Shown piece by piece: positions 37,367 to 50,131 of a DNA stretch of 64,000 bases. The DNA is from a bacterium (lineage in GTDB: Bacteria; Bacillota_I; Bacilli_A; RFN20; CAG-826), in assembly GCA_963622135.1 (NCBI GenBank), contig CAVFGR010000018.1, positions 5,185 through 69,184 of the forward strand, given 5' to 3'. The translations under genes were made by a program, and so were the position numbers. Below the pieces are notes generated by a model that saw nothing but the letters and a program-made list of their open reading frames with translations, did no database searches and had not been told where the DNA came from. Within the stretch, counting starts at the first letter, position 1, and every line of letters begins with the position of its first letter.

Positions 37367-40300
37367 TTAAGCAACTTTGTTGGCCTGACGATCGTGGGCC
37401 TCGATATAAGTATCGCGGACTTCTTCCATCTTGTTGGAGACGGTGAAGGAGGCAAGGCTCTTCTTGGTGATATTCTCGTCTTCGGCCCCTGTGCCAGCTG
37501 GGATCAAGCGTCCGGTGATGACGTTCTCTTTCAAGCCATGGAGACGGTCGGTCTTGGCTCTGATGGCGGCATCGGTAAGGATGCGGGTGGTCTGCTGGAA
37601 GGAAGTGGCAGAGAGGAAGGATTCGGTTTCCAAAGCGGCCTTGGTGATGCCTAAGAGGATAGGCGTGCCGGAAGCAGGGCGCTTGCCAGCCAATAAGGCT
37701 TCTTGGTTAACAGTGGTGAAGCGATCCATGTCGACTCTGGTGCCTGGCAAGAGATCGGTGTCACCGGCATCGATGACGACGAGTTTGCGAAGCATCTGAC
37801 GGACGATGACCTCAAGGTGCTTATCGGAGATACCGATACCCTGAGCGGCGTAGACCTTGCGGATTTCCTTGATCATATAGACCTGAACCTTCTCTTTGGA
37901 GGAGTATTCAAGCAATTCTTTAGGATCGATGGCACCTTCGGTGATCTTACCACCGGCCTCGACGTGATCGCCTTTCTTGACACGGAGACGAGCGCCATAA
38001 CCGGTGAGGTATTCCTCGATTTCCGGAGTGTCGCTTTCAACGGTGTTATCAGCCACGGATCTGACGGTGACCTTATAACGGCCATTGCCATCATCTTCGA
38101 TATTCTCGATGGTTCCATCGATTCTGGAGATGAGGGCTTTACCTTTCGGATTACGGGCTTCGACGAGTTCTTGGACACGTGGAAGACCTTGAGTGATGTC
38201 GCTTCCGGCCATACCACCGGTATGGAAGACTCGCATGGTTAACTGCGTGCCTGGCTCACCAATGGATTGAGCGGCCATGATACCGACGGCCTCGCCCAAT
38301 TCGACGAGACGGCCAGTGGCCATGTTGCGGCCATAGCAATGCTGGCAGACGCCGTTCTTGGTCTGGCAGGTGAAGAGAGAACGAATCTCGACTTCCTCAA
38401 TGCCAGCATCGGCGACTTTGTTCGCATCTTCTTCGCTGATCATGGTGTTTGCTAAGACAATGACTTCACCAGTCTTTGGATTGATGATGTCATGCATGGA
38501 GAAACGACCAACGAGACGTTCGGAAAGCTTGGCGACGACGGTGTTCTGAGCGGTGTTGATGATAGCACGGACTTTGAAGCCATGGTCGCAGTTGCAATCG
38601 ACTTCGCGGACGACGACATCCTGAGAGACGTCGACCAAACGACGGGTAAGATAGCCAGAGTCGGCGGTCTTAAGAGCGGTATCGGCGCCACCCTTACGGG
38701 CACCGTGGGTGTTGATGAAGAATTCAGCGACCTTCAAGCCTTCTTTATAAGAGGAGACAATAGGAAGTTCGATGGCTTCGTTCTTCGGGTTGGCAACCAA
38801 GCCCTTCATACCGACCAACTGCTTGAAGTTGGAGATGTTACCACGAGCGCCGGAATCGGCCATGATGACCAATGGGTTACGCTTATCTTCTTTAAGATAT
38901 TCGGCAACCTTGTTTTCGACGTCTTTGGCAACGGCGTTCCAAACATCGCAGACAGCCTTATGGCGTTCGGAGTCGGAGAACATACCTTTCTTATACAAAG
39001 CGGTGATCTTGTCGACTTTCTCATATCCGTCGGCGACCTGCTGATATTTGAAGTCGTTGATGGATTGTTTGTTTGGATCGGCGGCTTTGAGGTCAATGTC
39101 GCTTCTGGCGACGGTGACGGAAGAGATGGTGGAATATTCGAAGCCTTGGTCTTTGATCTTATCCAAGATGGCGGCCGTCTTAGATGGACGGACGGAATAC
39201 TCGGATCCACTCGGATCATAAGCTTCTTCTTTCATATCGTATTTATGGAAGATTTGATCAATCAAGACGCCTAAGCCCTTCTTGGCGATCGGGGAGCGGA
39301 GTTTATTGGCTCTGATAGCCTCAACGAGGTTGGTTCCATAAGGAACGAACCAGGACTTCACGGTCTCCAAAGAGGCAGATGGGTCGTCGTTGATGTAATG
39401 GAAATCATCCGGGAAGATCTCATTGAAGATGACTTTGCCGACGGTCGTGAGCAAGTATTTGTTCTTGGCATAGAACGGCAAAGCGTAATCCTTGACGTTA
39501 TCCGGGTCACTTTCCGGAGCGAAGGTCTTATGGATCGAAGATGATTTGATGGCGATGCGGTTATGCAAGCCGATGGAGTGGCTTTCATAAGCACGGATGA
39601 CTTCGGCGACGGAAGCAAAGGCAGTGCCTTCCATCTCAGCGAAGGCTTCGGATTCGGCCGCTTCTTCTTCGGTCGCGGCTTTCTCTCCGATATTCTTCGG
39701 ATCGATGTAGATTTCGCGCAAAGTCTTAGCGTGGGTCAAGAAGTCTTCGGCGCTCTCTTCCATGGTCAACCAGTAGTTGCCAAGGATCATGTCCTGAGAT
39801 GGGACGGCGATTGGCTGGCCATCTTTCGGACCGAGGATGTTATTGGAAGCGAGCATCAAGTTCAAAGCTTCGAACTGGGCTTCTTTGCTAAGTGGTACGT
39901 GAACGGCCATCTGGTCACCATCGAAGTCGGCGTTGAAGCCGGTGCAAACGAGTGGATGCAAACGGATGGCACGGCCATCGACCAAGATTGGCTGGAAGGC
40001 CTGGATACCCAATCTATGAAGGGTAGGGGCACGGTTGAGGAGAACCGGATGCTGGCTGATGATTTCCTCGACGATATCGTAGACAACAGAATCTAAGCGA
40101 TTGATGGAGGCATCGGCTTCCTTATAGGAATGGACATAGCCACGCTTGATCATCAACGAAGCGATGAATGGGCGGAGCAAGGAAATGGCCATCTCTCTTG
40201 GGAGACCGCATTGATACATTCTGAGGTTCGGGCCAACCGCGATGACGGAACGGCCGGAATAGTCGACACGCTTACCGAGCAAGTTCTGACGGAAACGGCC

Positions 40301-41404
40301 TTGTTTGCCCTTCAATCCAGAGGATAAGGACTTCAAGGTTCTGCCCGTAGGACCGGTGATTGGTTTGGAACGGCGGCCGTTATCGATTAAAGCGTCCACC
40401 GCTTCTTGAAGCATACGACGCTCGTTCATCAAGATGACTTCTGGAGCGCGCATATCGATCAACTTCTTCAAACGGGTGTTACGGGAGATGACACGACGAT
40501 ATAAATCGTTCAAGTCAGAGGCCGCGAAACGACCACCGTCAAGAGGAAGCATCGGACGAAGATCTGGTGGAATGACTGGGATGGCATCCAAAATCATCCA
40601 TTCTGGCTTCTGCTCAGATTCACGGAAACCTTCGATGACCTCAAGTCTCTTGGTGAGTTTCTGACGTTTTTGGCCAGTGGAACCCTTGATCTCAGCTCTG
40701 AGGTTCTCGGATTCGGCTTTGAGATCAACTTCGTGCAATAAGCGTTTGATGGCTTTGGCACCTTCGCCGAATTCAGCGCCGGTGTAGCGGGCGATGAAGG
40801 CGGAAGTGGAGAAGAAGTCAAAGGTCTCCTCCGGGGTGCCCATCCTGCGGATGAGTTCTTCGGCACGCAAAGCGTCCGCGGAACCTTCGGCAAGGGATGG
40901 CATGAATTCTTCGATGACCTTAGGGAAGATTTCTCTAGCGTTCTTCTCATCTAAGAATTGTTTGTATTTAAGGACGTTGGAACTGCCTGGATTCAAGCAG
41001 ATGTGAGCGGCGAAGTAGATAACTTCTTCGAGCTCTTTGGCGCTGATATCCAAGACAAGACCCATACGGGATGGGATATCCTTCAAATACCAGATATGGG
41101 AGCATGGGGAGACCAAATCGATATGACCGAATCTCTCTCTGCGCCACTCTTTGGAAGTGACTTCAACACCGCACTTTTCGCAGGTGATGCCCTGATATCT
41201 GATCTTTTTGTATTTGCCGCAATGGCATTCGTAGTCCTTAGACGGACCGAAGATCTTTTCGCAGAAGAGACCTCCCGGTTCCGGCTTCTGGCTACGATAG
41301 TTGATGGTTTCTGGCTTAGTGACCTCGCCATGGGACCACTCACGAATGGTTTCAGGAGAAGCGAGGCCGACTTTCATCGCCGCTAAATTTTTGATATCGA
41401 ACAT
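37367..41404 (-). CDS. rpoC: DNA-directed RNA polymerase subunit beta'
   Basis: 1345 aa, with [12 protein letters not shown] and other beta' signatures. Confidence 0.98.
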   Translation of the reverse strand: MFDIKNLAAMKVGLASPETIREWSHGEVTKPETINYRSQKPEPGGLFCEKIFGPSKDYECHCGKYKKIRYQGITCEKCGVEVTSKEWRRERFGHIDLVSPCSHIWYLKDIPSRMGLVLDISAKELEEVIYFAAHICLNPGSSNVLKYKQFLDEKNAREIFPKVIEEFMPSLAEGSADALRAEELIRRMGTPEETFDFFSTSAFIARYTGAEFGEGAKAIKRLLHEVDLKAESENLRAEIKGSTGQKRQKLTKRLEVIEGFRESEQKPEWMILDAIPVIPPDLRPMLPLDGGRFAASDLNDLYRRVISRNTRLKKLIDMRAPEVILMNERRMLQEAVDALIDNGRRSKPITGPTGRTLKSLSSGLKGKQGRFRQNLLGKRVDYSGRSVIAVGPNLRMYQCGLPREMAISLLRPFIASLMIKRGYVHSYKEADASINRLDSVVYDIVEEIISQHPVLLNRAPTLHRLGIQAFQPILVDGRAIRLHPLVCTGFNADFDGDQMAVHVPLSKEAQFEALNLMLASNNILGPKDGQPIAVPSQDMILGNYWLTMEESAEDFLTHAKTLREIYIDPKNIGEKAATEEEAAESEAFAEMEGTAFASVAEVIRAYESHSIGLHNRIAIKSSSIHKTFAPESDPDNVKDYALPFYAKNKYLLTTVGKVIFNEIFPDDFHYINDDPSASLETVKSWFVPYGTNLVEAIRANKLRSPIAKKGLGVLIDQIFHKYDMKEEAYDPSGSEYSVRPSKTAAILDKIKDQGFEYSTISSVTVARSDIDLKAADPNKQSINDFKYQQVADGYEKVDKITALYKKGMFSDSERHKAVCDVWNAVAKDVENKVAEYLKEDKRNPLVIMADSGARGNISNFKQLVGMKGLVANPKNEAIELPIVSSYKEGLKVAEFFINTHGARKGGADTALKTADSGYLTRRLVDVSQDVVVREVDCNCDHGFKVRAIINTAQNTVVAKLSERLVGRFSMHDIINPKTGEVIVLANTMISEEDANKVADAGIEEVEIRSLFTCQTKNGVCQHCYGRNMATGRLVELGEAVGIMAAQSIGEPGTQLTMRVFHTGGMAGSDITQGLPRVQELVEARNPKGKALISRIDGTIENIEDDGNGRYKVTVRSVADNTVESDTPEIEEYLTGYGARLRVKKGDHVEAGGKITEGAIDPKELLEYSSKEKVQVYMIKEIRKVYAAQGIGISDKHLEVIVRQMLRKLVVIDAGDTDLLPGTRVDMDRFTTVNQEALLAGKRPASGTPILLGITKAALETESFLSATSFQQTTRILTDAAIRAKTDRLHGLKENVITGRLIPAGTGAEDENITKKSLASFTVSNKMEEVRDTYIEAHDRQANKVA

Positions 41405-41419
41405 GATTCAAATCCCTCC

Positions 41420-44400
41420 TTATTCCTTCGAACCGCTGTAGTAAGAGGCAGAGCCAACGCTCAATCCTTCTTCAGCGATTTCTTCGTCATGGCTGACTTC
41501 GACGACATCCTCTTCCTTTTCTTCACGCTTGGTGGAGAGGTTGCGGATGGCGGAGTTGACCTTTCTTTCTTCGATCAACGCCTCTTTGGCTAAGTCGTCC
41601 ATATTGATTTCATAGCCTTCGTCGTCCGTCAATTTGACATCCATGGCTAAGCCACGAAGTTCCTTGGTGAGAACCTTGAAGGCTTCTGGCATGCCGGCAT
41701 TTGGCAACTTAAGGCCTTTGATGATGGCTTCGTAGGCCTTTCTGCGGCCAACTCTGTCATCGGACTTGTAGGTGATGATTTCCTGCAAGACGTGGGAAGC
41801 GCCATAGGCTTCGAGAGCCCAGACTTCCATTTCGCCGAAACGCTGACCACCGTTTTGAGCCTTACCACCAAGCGGCTGCTGGGTGACGAGGGCATATGGA
41901 CCAGTGGCACGGGCGTGCAATTTATCGTCGACCATGTGCACGAGTTTGATCATGTACTGGACGCCGACGGAGATACGCTCTGGGAAGCGTTCGCCGGTTT
42001 GGCCATCGTAGAGGATGGACTTGCCATCTTCGGAGATGCCGGCTTTTCTCATAAGGTCGGTGATTTCATCACCGGAAACGCCATCGAAAGCTGGGGTGGC
42101 GATTCTTAAGCCTAATTTCCTACAGGCCAATCCTAAGTGAATTTCGGAGATCTGACCGATATTCATACGGGAAGGAACGCCCATTGGGGAAAGTAAGATA
42201 TCGATTGGGGTGCCATCTGGCAAGAACGGCATATCCTCGACCGGAAGGATCTTGGAGATGACGCCTTTGTTACCGTGACGGCCAGACATCTTGTCGCCTT
42301 CGGAGATCTTTCTCTTCTGAACGATATAGACGCGGATGGCTTTTAAGACGCCAGCTGGAAGTGGGTCTTTCTTAGCGCGGTCGAAGATCTTGACGCTGAG
42401 GACGATACCGGCGCCGCCGTGTGGGACACGGAGGGAGCTGTCTTTGCCATCTTTGACCTTTTCGCCAAAGATTTGCATCAAGAGTTTTTCTTCAGGGGTT
42501 GGCTCGGTTTGGCCTTTTGGAGTGGTCTTACCGACTAAGATATCGCCTTCTTTGACTTCGGCGCCCGGGATGATGATGCCATCCTCATCGAGGAAGGACT
42601 TCTGATCTTCGCGGACGTTCGGGATGTCACGGGTGATTTCTTCGTTGCCAAGCTTGGTTTCACGGCACTCGATTTCGTATTTCTCGATGTGGATGGAGGT
42701 GTAGGTATCTTCCTTCACCATTCTTTCCGACATGATGATAGCGTCTTCGTAGTTGTAGCCGTGCCAGGTCATATAAGCGATGAGGACGTTCTGGCCTAAG
42801 GCAAGTTCGCCGTTACGCATAGCTGGACCATCAGAGATGATCTGGTCTTTCTGAATCTTATCGCCGACCTTAACGATTGGGGTCTGGTTGATGCAGGTAC
42901 CACCGTTAGCGCGTTCGAACTTCTCTAAGTTATAGGTGCGTTCGCCGCCTTTTTCTTTGACCTTGATGGTCTGGGAATCGACATAGGTGACAACACCTTC
43001 GTCGACGGAGACGGTAGCGAGACCGGAGTCTTTGGCGATGATCGGTTCCATACCGGTTCCGACATAAGCCAAGGACGGACGGAGAAGAGGCAAGGCCTGA
43101 CGTTGCATGTTCGCGCCCATCAACGCACGGGTGCCGTCATCGTTTTCTAAGAATGGAATACAGGCAGCCGCGATGGAGATGATCTGTTTTGGAGAAACGT
43201 CAACGTAGGAGACAAGGGCCTTATCGGCACGGACGGAGTCTTCGTCATGACGGCAGACGCATTCGTCTTCGATGATCTCTTTGACGATTTCCTTCTTGCC
43301 ATCGATGATAACTTCTTTCGGCTCGCTCAAAGCGATGTTGGCTTCAGCGATGTATAAGCCTCTCTCATCATCGGCGGACAAGTATTCGGCTTTGTCAGAG
43401 ACATAGTGATGGCCATCGATGTGATAGACGATACGATATGGGGTCTGAATGAAGCCATAGTCGTTGATTTTCGCGTAAGTGGATAAGTTATTGATAAGAC
43501 CGATGTTCTGACCTTCTGGAGTTTCGATAGGGCAGATACGGCCATAGTGGGTGTAGTGAACGTCACGGACTTCCATGGAAGCACGGTCTCTGGTAAGACC
43601 GCCAGGACCAAGGGCGGAAATACGGCGCTTGTTGGTCAATTCGGCCAATGGGTTGGTCTGATCCATGAACTGCGAGAGTTGGGAGGAAGAGAAGAACTCA
43701 TGGATGGAGGTGGTCAACGGACGGATGTTGATCAACTGCTGAGGCTTAGCGGTCTCAAGGTCGGTGATGGACATCTTCTGCTGAACGGTCTTTTCCATCT
43801 TGGTTAGACCGATTCTGAATTGAGTCTGGAGCAATTCGCCGACGCAACGGACACGTCTGTTGCCCAAGTGGTCGATATCGTCAGTCTGGCCTAAGCCGTC
43901 CTGGATGTTCATAAAGTAAGAGAAGCAGGCGACCATATCAGAGATGGTTACGCGGGTGACGGTCTCATTGAGGTCGGTACCAATCATGGTGACGACTTTG
44001 CCAGAAAGACGGTCGTTGGCGTGGACTTTGACCATGTTGACGGTGCTGTGATTGTCGATGTTTTCATTGACCGCCAAGGTCTCGCTCATCGCGCCCTTTT
44101 CAAAGAATTCGATGTCTTTCAAATAGGCAACGTCTTCTTTGGTGAGCTTTCTGCCTTCGGTGAATAACTCGCCGTTTGCGTCGGCTTGAATTTCACCATC
44201 AGCGGTGACCAAATTCTCGGCCAAGATTCTATTTGGCAATCTCTCATAGATGCCTAATTTTTGGAGATATTTGAAACGTCCGGCTCTCCCTAAGTCATAA
44301 CGCTTGTTATCAAAGAATCTGGTGACTAAGAAAGCTTGGATGCCTTCATTGGTCAAAGGCTCGCCCGGTTTCAATTTGCGGAAGATCTCCTGCAAAGCAT

Positions 44401-45109
44401 CCTTGCTGGTCTTGATGGCGGAATCCTTTTCAAGGGTGTCTTTAAAGGAGTCGGAATCGCCGAACAATTTTTTGAGGTCTTTTTCTTTATCGATGCCAAG
44501 GGCCTTGAACAAGATGGTGGCCGGCATCTTTCTCTGACGATCGATTCTGACCCATAAAAGGCCCTTCATGTCGCTTTCGAACTGCAACCAGGTACCGCGG
44601 GTCGGGATGATTTCGCCATTATAGATATGTTTGCCGCTCTTATCTGGGGTGTCCTGGAAATAGGCGCCTGGGGAACGGACGATCTGAGAGACGATGACAC
44701 GTTCGGAACCATTGACGATGAAAGTTCCAGAGTCAGTCATCATTGGGACATCGCCCATGAAGACTTCGTTCACGTCCTTTCTTTCATTGGTGACGCCGTT
44801 AATAAGACGAAGTTTGACCTTCAACTTGCTTGAATAAGTGAGGTCTCCGCCTTTGCATTCAAGTGGGGTATATAATGGTTCTTCAAATCTGGCGGAAACA
44901 TAATCGATGAAGAAGTTTCCGGCATAGTTGGAGATAGGGAAGACTTCCTTCATGACCTCATCCAATCCTTCTTTCAAGAACCAAGCGAAGGATTTGGTTT
45001 GGATTTCGACCATGTAAGGGATGTCTAACGAACCAGAGATCTTCGAGAAATTGATTCGGTCATTTCTTCCCAATGGGTAATTTTTGTAAGTATTAGCTTT
45101 TTTCGCCAT
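41420..45109 (-). CDS. rpoB: DNA-directed RNA polymerase subunit beta
   Basis: 1229 aa, with conserved rif-region and C-terminal beta signatures. Confidence 0.98.
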   Translation of the reverse strand: MAKKANTYKNYPLGRNDRINFSKISGSLDIPYMVEIQTKSFAWFLKEGLDEVMKEVFPISNYAGNFFIDYVSARFEEPLYTPLECKGGDLTYSSKLKVKLRLINGVTNERKDVNEVFMGDVPMMTDSGTFIVNGSERVIVSQIVRSPGAYFQDTPDKSGKHIYNGEIIPTRGTWLQFESDMKGLLWVRIDRQRKMPATILFKALGIDKEKDLKKLFGDSDSFKDTLEKDSAIKTSKDALQEIFRKLKPGEPLTNEGIQAFLVTRFFDNKRYDLGRAGRFKYLQKLGIYERLPNRILAENLVTADGEIQADANGELFTEGRKLTKEDVAYLKDIEFFEKGAMSETLAVNENIDNHSTVNMVKVHANDRLSGKVVTMIGTDLNETVTRVTISDMVACFSYFMNIQDGLGQTDDIDHLGNRRVRCVGELLQTQFRIGLTKMEKTVQQKMSITDLETAKPQQLINIRPLTTSIHEFFSSSQLSQFMDQTNPLAELTNKRRISALGPGGLTRDRASMEVRDVHYTHYGRICPIETPEGQNIGLINNLSTYAKINDYGFIQTPYRIVYHIDGHHYVSDKAEYLSADDERGLYIAEANIALSEPKEVIIDGKKEIVKEIIEDECVCRHDEDSVRADKALVSYVDVSPKQIISIAAACIPFLENDDGTRALMGANMQRQALPLLRPSLAYVGTGMEPIIAKDSGLATVSVDEGVVTYVDSQTIKVKEKGGERTYNLEKFERANGGTCINQTPIVKVGDKIQKDQIISDGPAMRNGELALGQNVLIAYMTWHGYNYEDAIIMSERMVKEDTYTSIHIEKYEIECRETKLGNEEITRDIPNVREDQKSFLDEDGIIIPGAEVKEGDILVGKTTPKGQTEPTPEEKLLMQIFGEKVKDGKDSSLRVPHGGAGIVLSVKIFDRAKKDPLPAGVLKAIRVYIVQKRKISEGDKMSGRHGNKGVISKILPVEDMPFLPDGTPIDILLSPMGVPSRMNIGQISEIHLGLACRKLGLRIATPAFDGVSGDEITDLMRKAGISEDGKSILYDGQTGERFPERISVGVQYMIKLVHMVDDKLHARATGPYALVTQQPLGGKAQNGGQRFGEMEVWALEAYGASHVLQEIITYKSDDRVGRRKAYEAIIKGLKLPNAGMPEAFKVLTKELRGLAMDVKLTDDEGYEINMDDLAKEALIEERKVNSAIRNLSTKREEKEEDVVEVSHDEEIAEEGLSVGSASYYSGSKE

Positions 45110-45717
45110 TACTTTGCTCCTTTCTTCGTTGCTTTGATGATGCGATATCCCTTATGTGAGGCGAGCACGCTCGCGTTCCCAAACAGATTATTTAAGTAAG
45201 CTTGCACGCTATCGGCGCCTTGCTTGCGCCTGATAACGATGATGAGCGACCCGCCATCACGAAGGTGCGCGCACGCGCCGTCGTAGATTGCGTATGTCAC
45301 TTTCTTGCCAGCCCTGATGGGAGGGTTGGAGACAATCGTATCGTAGATGGAGTTTATGTTGTGGTAAACGTCGCTTTCGACGATCTCGACCCTTTCTGAA
45401 ACGCCATTCATTTCAGCGTTTTGCTTTGCTAGGTCAAGGGCAGTGAGGTTGACATCACACATGGTGACGTTTCTCTTACTGTCGGTTGCGGCCAGAATTA
45501 GTCCGATTGGGCCTGCTCCGCAGCCAACGTCAAGAATCTTATTTCCAAGATCAGCTTGGAAGATGGTTTCAAGCAACAATTTTGTCCCATCGTCCAAACT
45601 GTCTTTAGAGAAGGTTCCGTCTGCGCCAACAAAAGGATAAGACACGCCATTTATAACTGCGTTATAGTGGTATGTTTTGCGGTCTGAGATGTCGATATTA
45701 TCGAAGTATTGAGGCAT
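45109..45717 (-). CDS. Class I SAM-dependent methyltransferase (YbxB/RsmC small-domain type)
   Basis: 202 aa with a SAM motif [11 protein letters not shown] and a substrate motif SNPPIRAG. It sits between rplL and rpoB, as ybxB does in Bacillus. Confidence 0.65.
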   Translation of the reverse strand: MPQYFDNIDISDRKTYHYNAVINGVSYPFVGADGTFSKDSLDDGTKLLLETIFQADLGNKILDVGCGAGPIGLILAATDSKRNVTMCDVNLTALDLAKQNAEMNGVSERVEIVESDVYHNINSIYDTIVSNPPIRAGKKVTYAIYDGACAHLRDGGSLIIVIRRKQGADSVQAYLNNLFGNASVLASHKGYRIIKATKKGAK

Positions 45718-45805
45718 TTTTCAGACTCCTTTTATATAGCAGAAACCCCCTCCCCGCTAGGCGACGGCTTTGCGGAAAGGGGTAGTAGTCAAATCAAAAG
45801 AAAGC

Positions 45806-46180
45806 TTATTTGATTTCGACTTTGGCACCAGCAGCTTCGAGAGCGGCTTTGTGGGTTTCGGCTTCGACTTGGCTGATGTGCTCTTTGATGGCACATGGAG
45901 CGCCGTCGACGAGTTTCTTGGCATCCATTAAGCCAAGGCCGGTGATGGCCTGGACGGCTTTGATGACAGCAACTTTGGAAGCGCCGATTTCGGCGAGAAC
46001 GAGGGAGACCTCGACTGGTCCTTTGGCGACGGCTTCTTCTTCAACTGGAGCAGCGGCGACAGGGGCAGCGGCAGAGACACCGAAGGTCTCTTCGACTAAT
46101 TTGACTAATTCGTTGAGTTCGACAACGGTCAATTGTTTGAGGGTGTCAATGATTTGTTCATTGGTTAATTTCTCAGCCAT
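45806..46180 (-). CDS. rplL: 50S ribosomal protein L7/L12
   Basis: 124 aa, with an Ala-rich hinge and a conserved C-terminal domain. Confidence 0.97.
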   Translation of the reverse strand: MAEKLTNEQIIDTLKQLTVVELNELVKLVEETFGVSAAAPVAAAPVEEEAVAKGPVEVSLVLAEIGASKVAVIKAVQAITGLGLMDAKKLVDGAPCAIKEHISQVEAETHKAALEAAGAKVEIK

Positions 46181-46203
46181 GGTAATTTCCTCCTATAGGC
46201 TAA

Positions 46204-46710
46204 TTAAGCAGCTTCTCCAGCTGGAGCAGCTTTTTCCGCGATAGCGCTCACGGTGGCGGCGAACTTGCTGATAGGCGCGTTCAGGCATTGGCAGAACATG
46301 GATAACAAACCTTCCTTGTTCGGCATCGTTGCGAAATCTTTCATGCCCTTGGCATCGTAAGCTTTGCCTTCGACGAAGCCGCCTTTGACGACGAGAGCTT
46401 CATGCGAACGAGCGAATTTACGAAGAACGGCTGGGCCATCGCAGATTTCTTTGGAGAAGACGAAGGCGTTTGGACCTTCGAGATATTCCTTAAGCTCAGA
46501 AGTGCCTTTGGCTTCAAGAGCACGCTCGACGAGCTTGTTCTTGTAAACGACCATGTGGCAACCCTTGGCTGCAAGAGTGCGACGAAGTTCGGTGGTTTCC
46601 TTAACGGTTAATCCCTGGTAAGAGACAACGGTGAGAGATCCGCAGTTATCAAGATTGGCAGTGATTTCAGCAACTGTTTCTTGTTTGGCGGCGAGAACTT
46701 CTTTGTTCAT
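46204..46710 (-). CDS. rplJ: 50S ribosomal protein L10
   Basis: 168 aa, conserved L10. Confidence 0.95.
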   Translation of the reverse strand: MNKEVLAAKQETVAEITANLDNCGSLTVVSYQGLTVKETTELRRTLAAKGCHMVVYKNKLVERALEAKGTSELKEYLEGPNAFVFSKEICDGPAVLRKFARSHEALVVKGGFVEGKAYDAKGMKDFATMPNKEGLLSMFCQCLNAPISKFAATVSAIAEKAAPAGEAA

Positions 46711-46878
46711 GCTAATTCCTCCTTTCTGATTGGGTCGACTATGTGATGCTTTCTATAACTAGTGAGTTAGTTTGTGAAATTGAATGACCTCAACAACGTG
46801 TATTTATTAAGGCACTTGCCCGTTGTTATCTTAGGTATAGCAAGCAATTCACCAATGTAATAATGCTTAGGAAGGCTA
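46711..46878 (-). ncRNA. Candidate L10 (rplJ) leader autoregulatory element
   Basis: A 168-nt untranslated spacer between rplA and rplJ in the position where Firmicutes carry the L10 leader. Small hairpins (GGCAAGTGCC; CAACG..CGTTG) are present. There is no covariance-model confirmation. Confidence 0.25.
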
Positions 46879-47568
46879 TTAGTTACGGCCTTCGAAAGCG
46901 ATTTTGATGCCAGGGCCCATGGTGGTGTGGACAACGGCATTTTTGATGTAGGCGCCCTTGACGGTGCTTGGACGGCTACGGACGATGACATCGACGATGG
47001 CTTTGATGTTTTCGGCAATGGCCTTTTCGTCGAAGGAGCAGCGAGCGATGGAAACGTTGAGGTTGCCATCTCTGTCAACACGGTAAGCGATCTTACCACG
47101 CTTGATCTCTTTGATGGCGTCGCCAATGTTCATGCTGACGGTTCCGGTCTTTGGGTTTGGCATTAAGCCTTTAGGACCTAACAAACGGCCCATTTTGCCT
47201 AATTCGCCCATCATATCCGGGGTAGCGACGATGATGTCGAAGTCGAACCAGTTTTCTTTCTGGATCTTTTCGAGCATTTCCTTGCCACCGACGAATTCGG
47301 CGCCGGCATCTTTGGCTTCCTGCTGTTTGCTCATGGTGACGGCTAAGACTTTCTTGGTTTTGCCGTTGCCATTAGGAAGGACGATGGTGCCACGGATCAA
47401 CTGATCGGCCTTGGTCGGATTGACGTTGAGGGCGAAGCTGATGTCGATAGCGGAATCGAACTTGGTGGTAGAGGTTTTCTTGAGTAAAGCGGCGGCTTCG
47501 TCGATGGAATATAAACGATCCTTTTCGATGAGTTCAGCAGCGTTGCGGTATTTCTTTCCTTGTTTCAT
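46879..47568 (-). CDS. rplA: 50S ribosomal protein L1
   Basis: 229 aa, conserved L1. Confidence 0.97.
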   Translation of the reverse strand: MKQGKKYRNAAELIEKDRLYSIDEAAALLKKTSTTKFDSAIDISFALNVNPTKADQLIRGTIVLPNGNGKTKKVLAVTMSKQQEAKDAGAEFVGGKEMLEKIQKENWFDFDIIVATPDMMGELGKMGRLLGPKGLMPNPKTGTVSMNIGDAIKEIKRGKIAYRVDRDGNLNVSIARCSFDEKAIAENIKAIVDVIVRSRPSTVKGAYIKNAVVHTTMGPGIKIAFEGRN

Positions 47569-47582
47569 TGCTGATAGCCTCC

Positions 47583-47993
47583 TTAGTCAACGATGGCAAC
47601 GCCCATTTGACGGCAGCTGCCAGCGACGATCTTCTCCGCGGCCTCGATGTCGTTAGCGTTGAGGTCTTCCAATTTGTATTGGGCGATTTCCTTCAACTGG
47701 GCCTTGGTGATTTTACCCACGATCTGTTTTGGGTTGCCGGATCCTTTTTGGATGCCAGCGGCTTTCAAGATTAAGCCAGTAACTGGGCTGGTTTTGACCT
47801 CGAAGTCGAACGACTTATCTTCATAAGCCGTGATGATGACTGGGACGACCTGTCCCTTTCTGTCAGCGGTCTTCGCATTGAAGTCGGTGCAGAATTTGGC
47901 CATCTGGATGCCTGCAGAAGCAAGCTTTGGTCCTGGTTTGGCTTCTCCGCCTGGGAGTTCCATTTTGAGGACCTTAACGATTTTTTTCGCCAT
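47583..47993 (-). CDS. rplK: 50S ribosomal protein L11
   Basis: 136 aa, conserved L11. The candidate promoter TTGCGT-17-TATATT lies about 90 nt upstream. Confidence 0.97.
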   Translation of the reverse strand: MAKKIVKVLKMELPGGEAKPGPKLASAGIQMAKFCTDFNAKTADRKGQVVPVIITAYEDKSFDFEVKTSPVTGLILKAAGIQKGSGNPKQIVGKITKAQLKEIAQYKLEDLNANDIEAAEKIVAGSCRQMGVAIVD

Positions 47994-48112
47994 GATTCTC
48001 CTCCTAAAATTGAGAATTATGCAGTAGTGCGAACGTTCGTTTTCGTTCTCCTACGCTATGCGAGCTTAGTCGCACGTTTAGATAATATACGCTCGAGGAT
48101 ATACCTACGCAA

Positions 48113-48152
48113 GCATAAAATAAAAACGCCCGCAAATTGGAGCGAGCGTTTG
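48113..48152 (-). terminator. Rho-independent terminator of the metal-ATPase cassette
   Basis: On the minus strand: ACGCTCGC-TCCAATT-GCGGGCGT followed by TTTTATTTTAT, immediately after the P-type ATPase stop. Confidence 0.55.
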
Positions 48153-48156
48153 TGCG

Positions 48157-50130
48157 TCATGCCCTACGCCACAAGATGCTGATTGAGACAAGCACCATAA
48201 GAAGCGTGAGGCCCGTATCAGCCGCCACCGCCGCCAATAACGGGAAGCCTGGAATGACAATTGCAAGAATCAAAATCGCCACTTTTACAATCAGCGAAGC
48301 AACGAGGCATCCAATAACGTAACCGCGACAGATCTTGGCTATTTTTATGGATTTGCCCACTTTGGCGATATCATCATCCATGATAACAATGTCCGCAGAT
48401 TCCATAGCCAAATCCGAGCCGATACCACCCATCGCAAAGCCGACATCAGCCGCTGCAATGGACGGGGCGTCATTGACGCCATCGCCAACGAAAGCGACCT
48501 TCCCAGAACGTTTGAAATTTTTAAGATGCTCGAATTTGTTTTCTGGTAACAATTCAGCATAATAGCCATCCAAACCAAGGCTTTTTGAAACCTTCGTGGC
48601 GTTGGCTTCTTTGTCCCCGGTCAGGAGGTAGCATTTGATACCGGATTTATGCAAATCATCAATCAGTTCGTTGACGTTTTCGCGAATAGTATCGCCAAGG
48701 CAGACGGATCCGATGAATTTGTCTTGATAAACGACATAGACAATTGTTCCATCCCCATCGGACTCTTCAAATTTGATGCCAAGGTCCTCAAGCAAATATT
48801 TGGAACCAACCGCAATTAGGGAGCCGTCATAAATCAATTTCGTGCCCTTACCGGCAAGTTCTTCGTATTTTTCGATTTTGGTATCAGAGAAATCCTCAGG
48901 TAAAAACTTCTTCAACGGACCGGCGAGAGGATGGTTTGAACGCGACTCACCAACAGCAGCAATCTTCAACAATTCTTCGCTTGGAACACCTTCTGGATTG
49001 ACACTCAAAACGGAGAATGTACCTTTGGTAAGAGTGCCTGTTTTGTCAGTGACTAAAGTGTTGATTTCATTGAGCTTATCAAGGAGATTTGCACCTTTGA
49101 TCACAATGCCGTTTTTGCTAGCTAATCCAAGGGAAGCGAAATAGCAAAGAGGGACTGAAATGACGATGGCGCACGGACAAGAAATGATCAGAGCGGAAAT
49201 TCCAACGAACACCCAATGCTGCCAAACATTTGGATCGTTGATACCGATAATCAGAGGTGGGATAACCGCCAAGAGAACGGCAAGACCGATGACAATAGGG
49301 GTATATATTTTGGCAAACTTATCGACTAAGCGAGTTCCTTTAGATTTCGATTCCTGCCCTTCTTCAATTAAATGAATGATTTTGGACACTGTCGAATCTT
49401 CATAATCCTTGGTTACTTTGACAGTTAATGAGCCAGTAACCAAAAGGGTTCCGGAATGTATTTCGGTATCAATTGAGGCGTTTACCGGCACGAATTCGCC
49501 AGTTAACGATGACATGTTGATGGATCCTTCGCCTTCGGTGACGATGCCGTCGGCCGGGATAATTTCGCCAACGCGAACAAGGAATTCATCACCGATTGTT
49601 AAGGACTTAGGATCGCAATCCTCAAAATCATCCCCAACTTTTTTATGAGCTACCTTGGCCCTTAGTCCAATCGCATTATTAATGGCCTTCTTGGATTTCG
49701 AGGTCGCCAAGCCTTCTAGCATCTCGCCAATTTGGAAGAGAATCATGACCATGACGGCATCGAAGAACTCATTATAATCAGCACCAAAGCAGCGTAGGCA
49801 GAAAGCACCGATGGTGGCGACGATCATCAAGGTTTCTTCAGAGAAGACCTCGTGTTCTTTGACCATGTCTTCCACCGCTTCGATGACGACATCATAGCCA
49901 ACGATTACCAAGGCGCATAAGTTAACGCCTAAGTTCCACCATAGGCCTACTTTTTCTTCACTGCAGACCGTTAAGCCCAAAACAGCAAAGATGACGGCTA
50001 CGACGACTCTAACTAGTTTGATAATCCATTCTTTTTTGTCACCACCGTGCTCATGATTGTGTTCATGGTGATGTTCATGTTCATGCTCTTCGTGTTCGTG
50101 AGAATGGCAATGTCCGCAACTGCAGCCCAT
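48157..50130 (-). CDS. P1B-type heavy-metal (Zn/Cd/Co-type) translocating ATPase with His-rich N-terminus
   Basis: DKTGT phosphorylation site (VTDKTGTLTKG), a CPC metal motif in TM6 (SCPCAIVIS) and a GDGVNDAP hinge. The N-terminus is CSCGHCHSHEHEEHEHEHHHEHNHEH. The start is reassigned to the ATG at 50128-50130 (MGCSCGH) with GGAGG 9 nt upstream. Confidence 0.85.
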   Translation of the reverse strand: MGCSCGHCHSHEHEEHEHEHHHEHNHEHGGDKKEWIIKLVRVVVAVIFAVLGLTVCSEEKVGLWWNLGVNLCALVIVGYDVVIEAVEDMVKEHEVFSEETLMIVATIGAFCLRCFGADYNEFFDAVMVMILFQIGEMLEGLATSKSKKAINNAIGLRAKVAHKKVGDDFEDCDPKSLTIGDEFLVRVGEIIPADGIVTEGEGSINMSSLTGEFVPVNASIDTEIHSGTLLVTGSLTVKVTKDYEDSTVSKIIHLIEEGQESKSKGTRLVDKFAKIYTPIVIGLAVLLAVIPPLIIGINDPNVWQHWVFVGISALIISCPCAIVISVPLCYFASLGLASKNGIVIKGANLLDKLNEINTLVTDKTGTLTKGTFSVLSVNPEGVPSEELLKIAAVGESRSNHPLAGPLKKFLPEDFSDTKIEKYEELAGKGTKLIYDGSLIAVGSKYLLEDLGIKFEESDGDGTIVYVVYQDKFIGSVCLGDTIRENVNELIDDLHKSGIKCYLLTGDKEANATKVSKSLGLDGYYAELLPENKFEHLKNFKRSGKVAFVGDGVNDAPSIAAADVGFAMGGIGSDLAMESADIVIMDDDIAKVGKSIKIAKICRGYVIGCLVASLIVKVAILILAIVIPGFPLLAAVAADTGLTLLMVLVSISILWRRA

Positions 50131-50131
50131 A

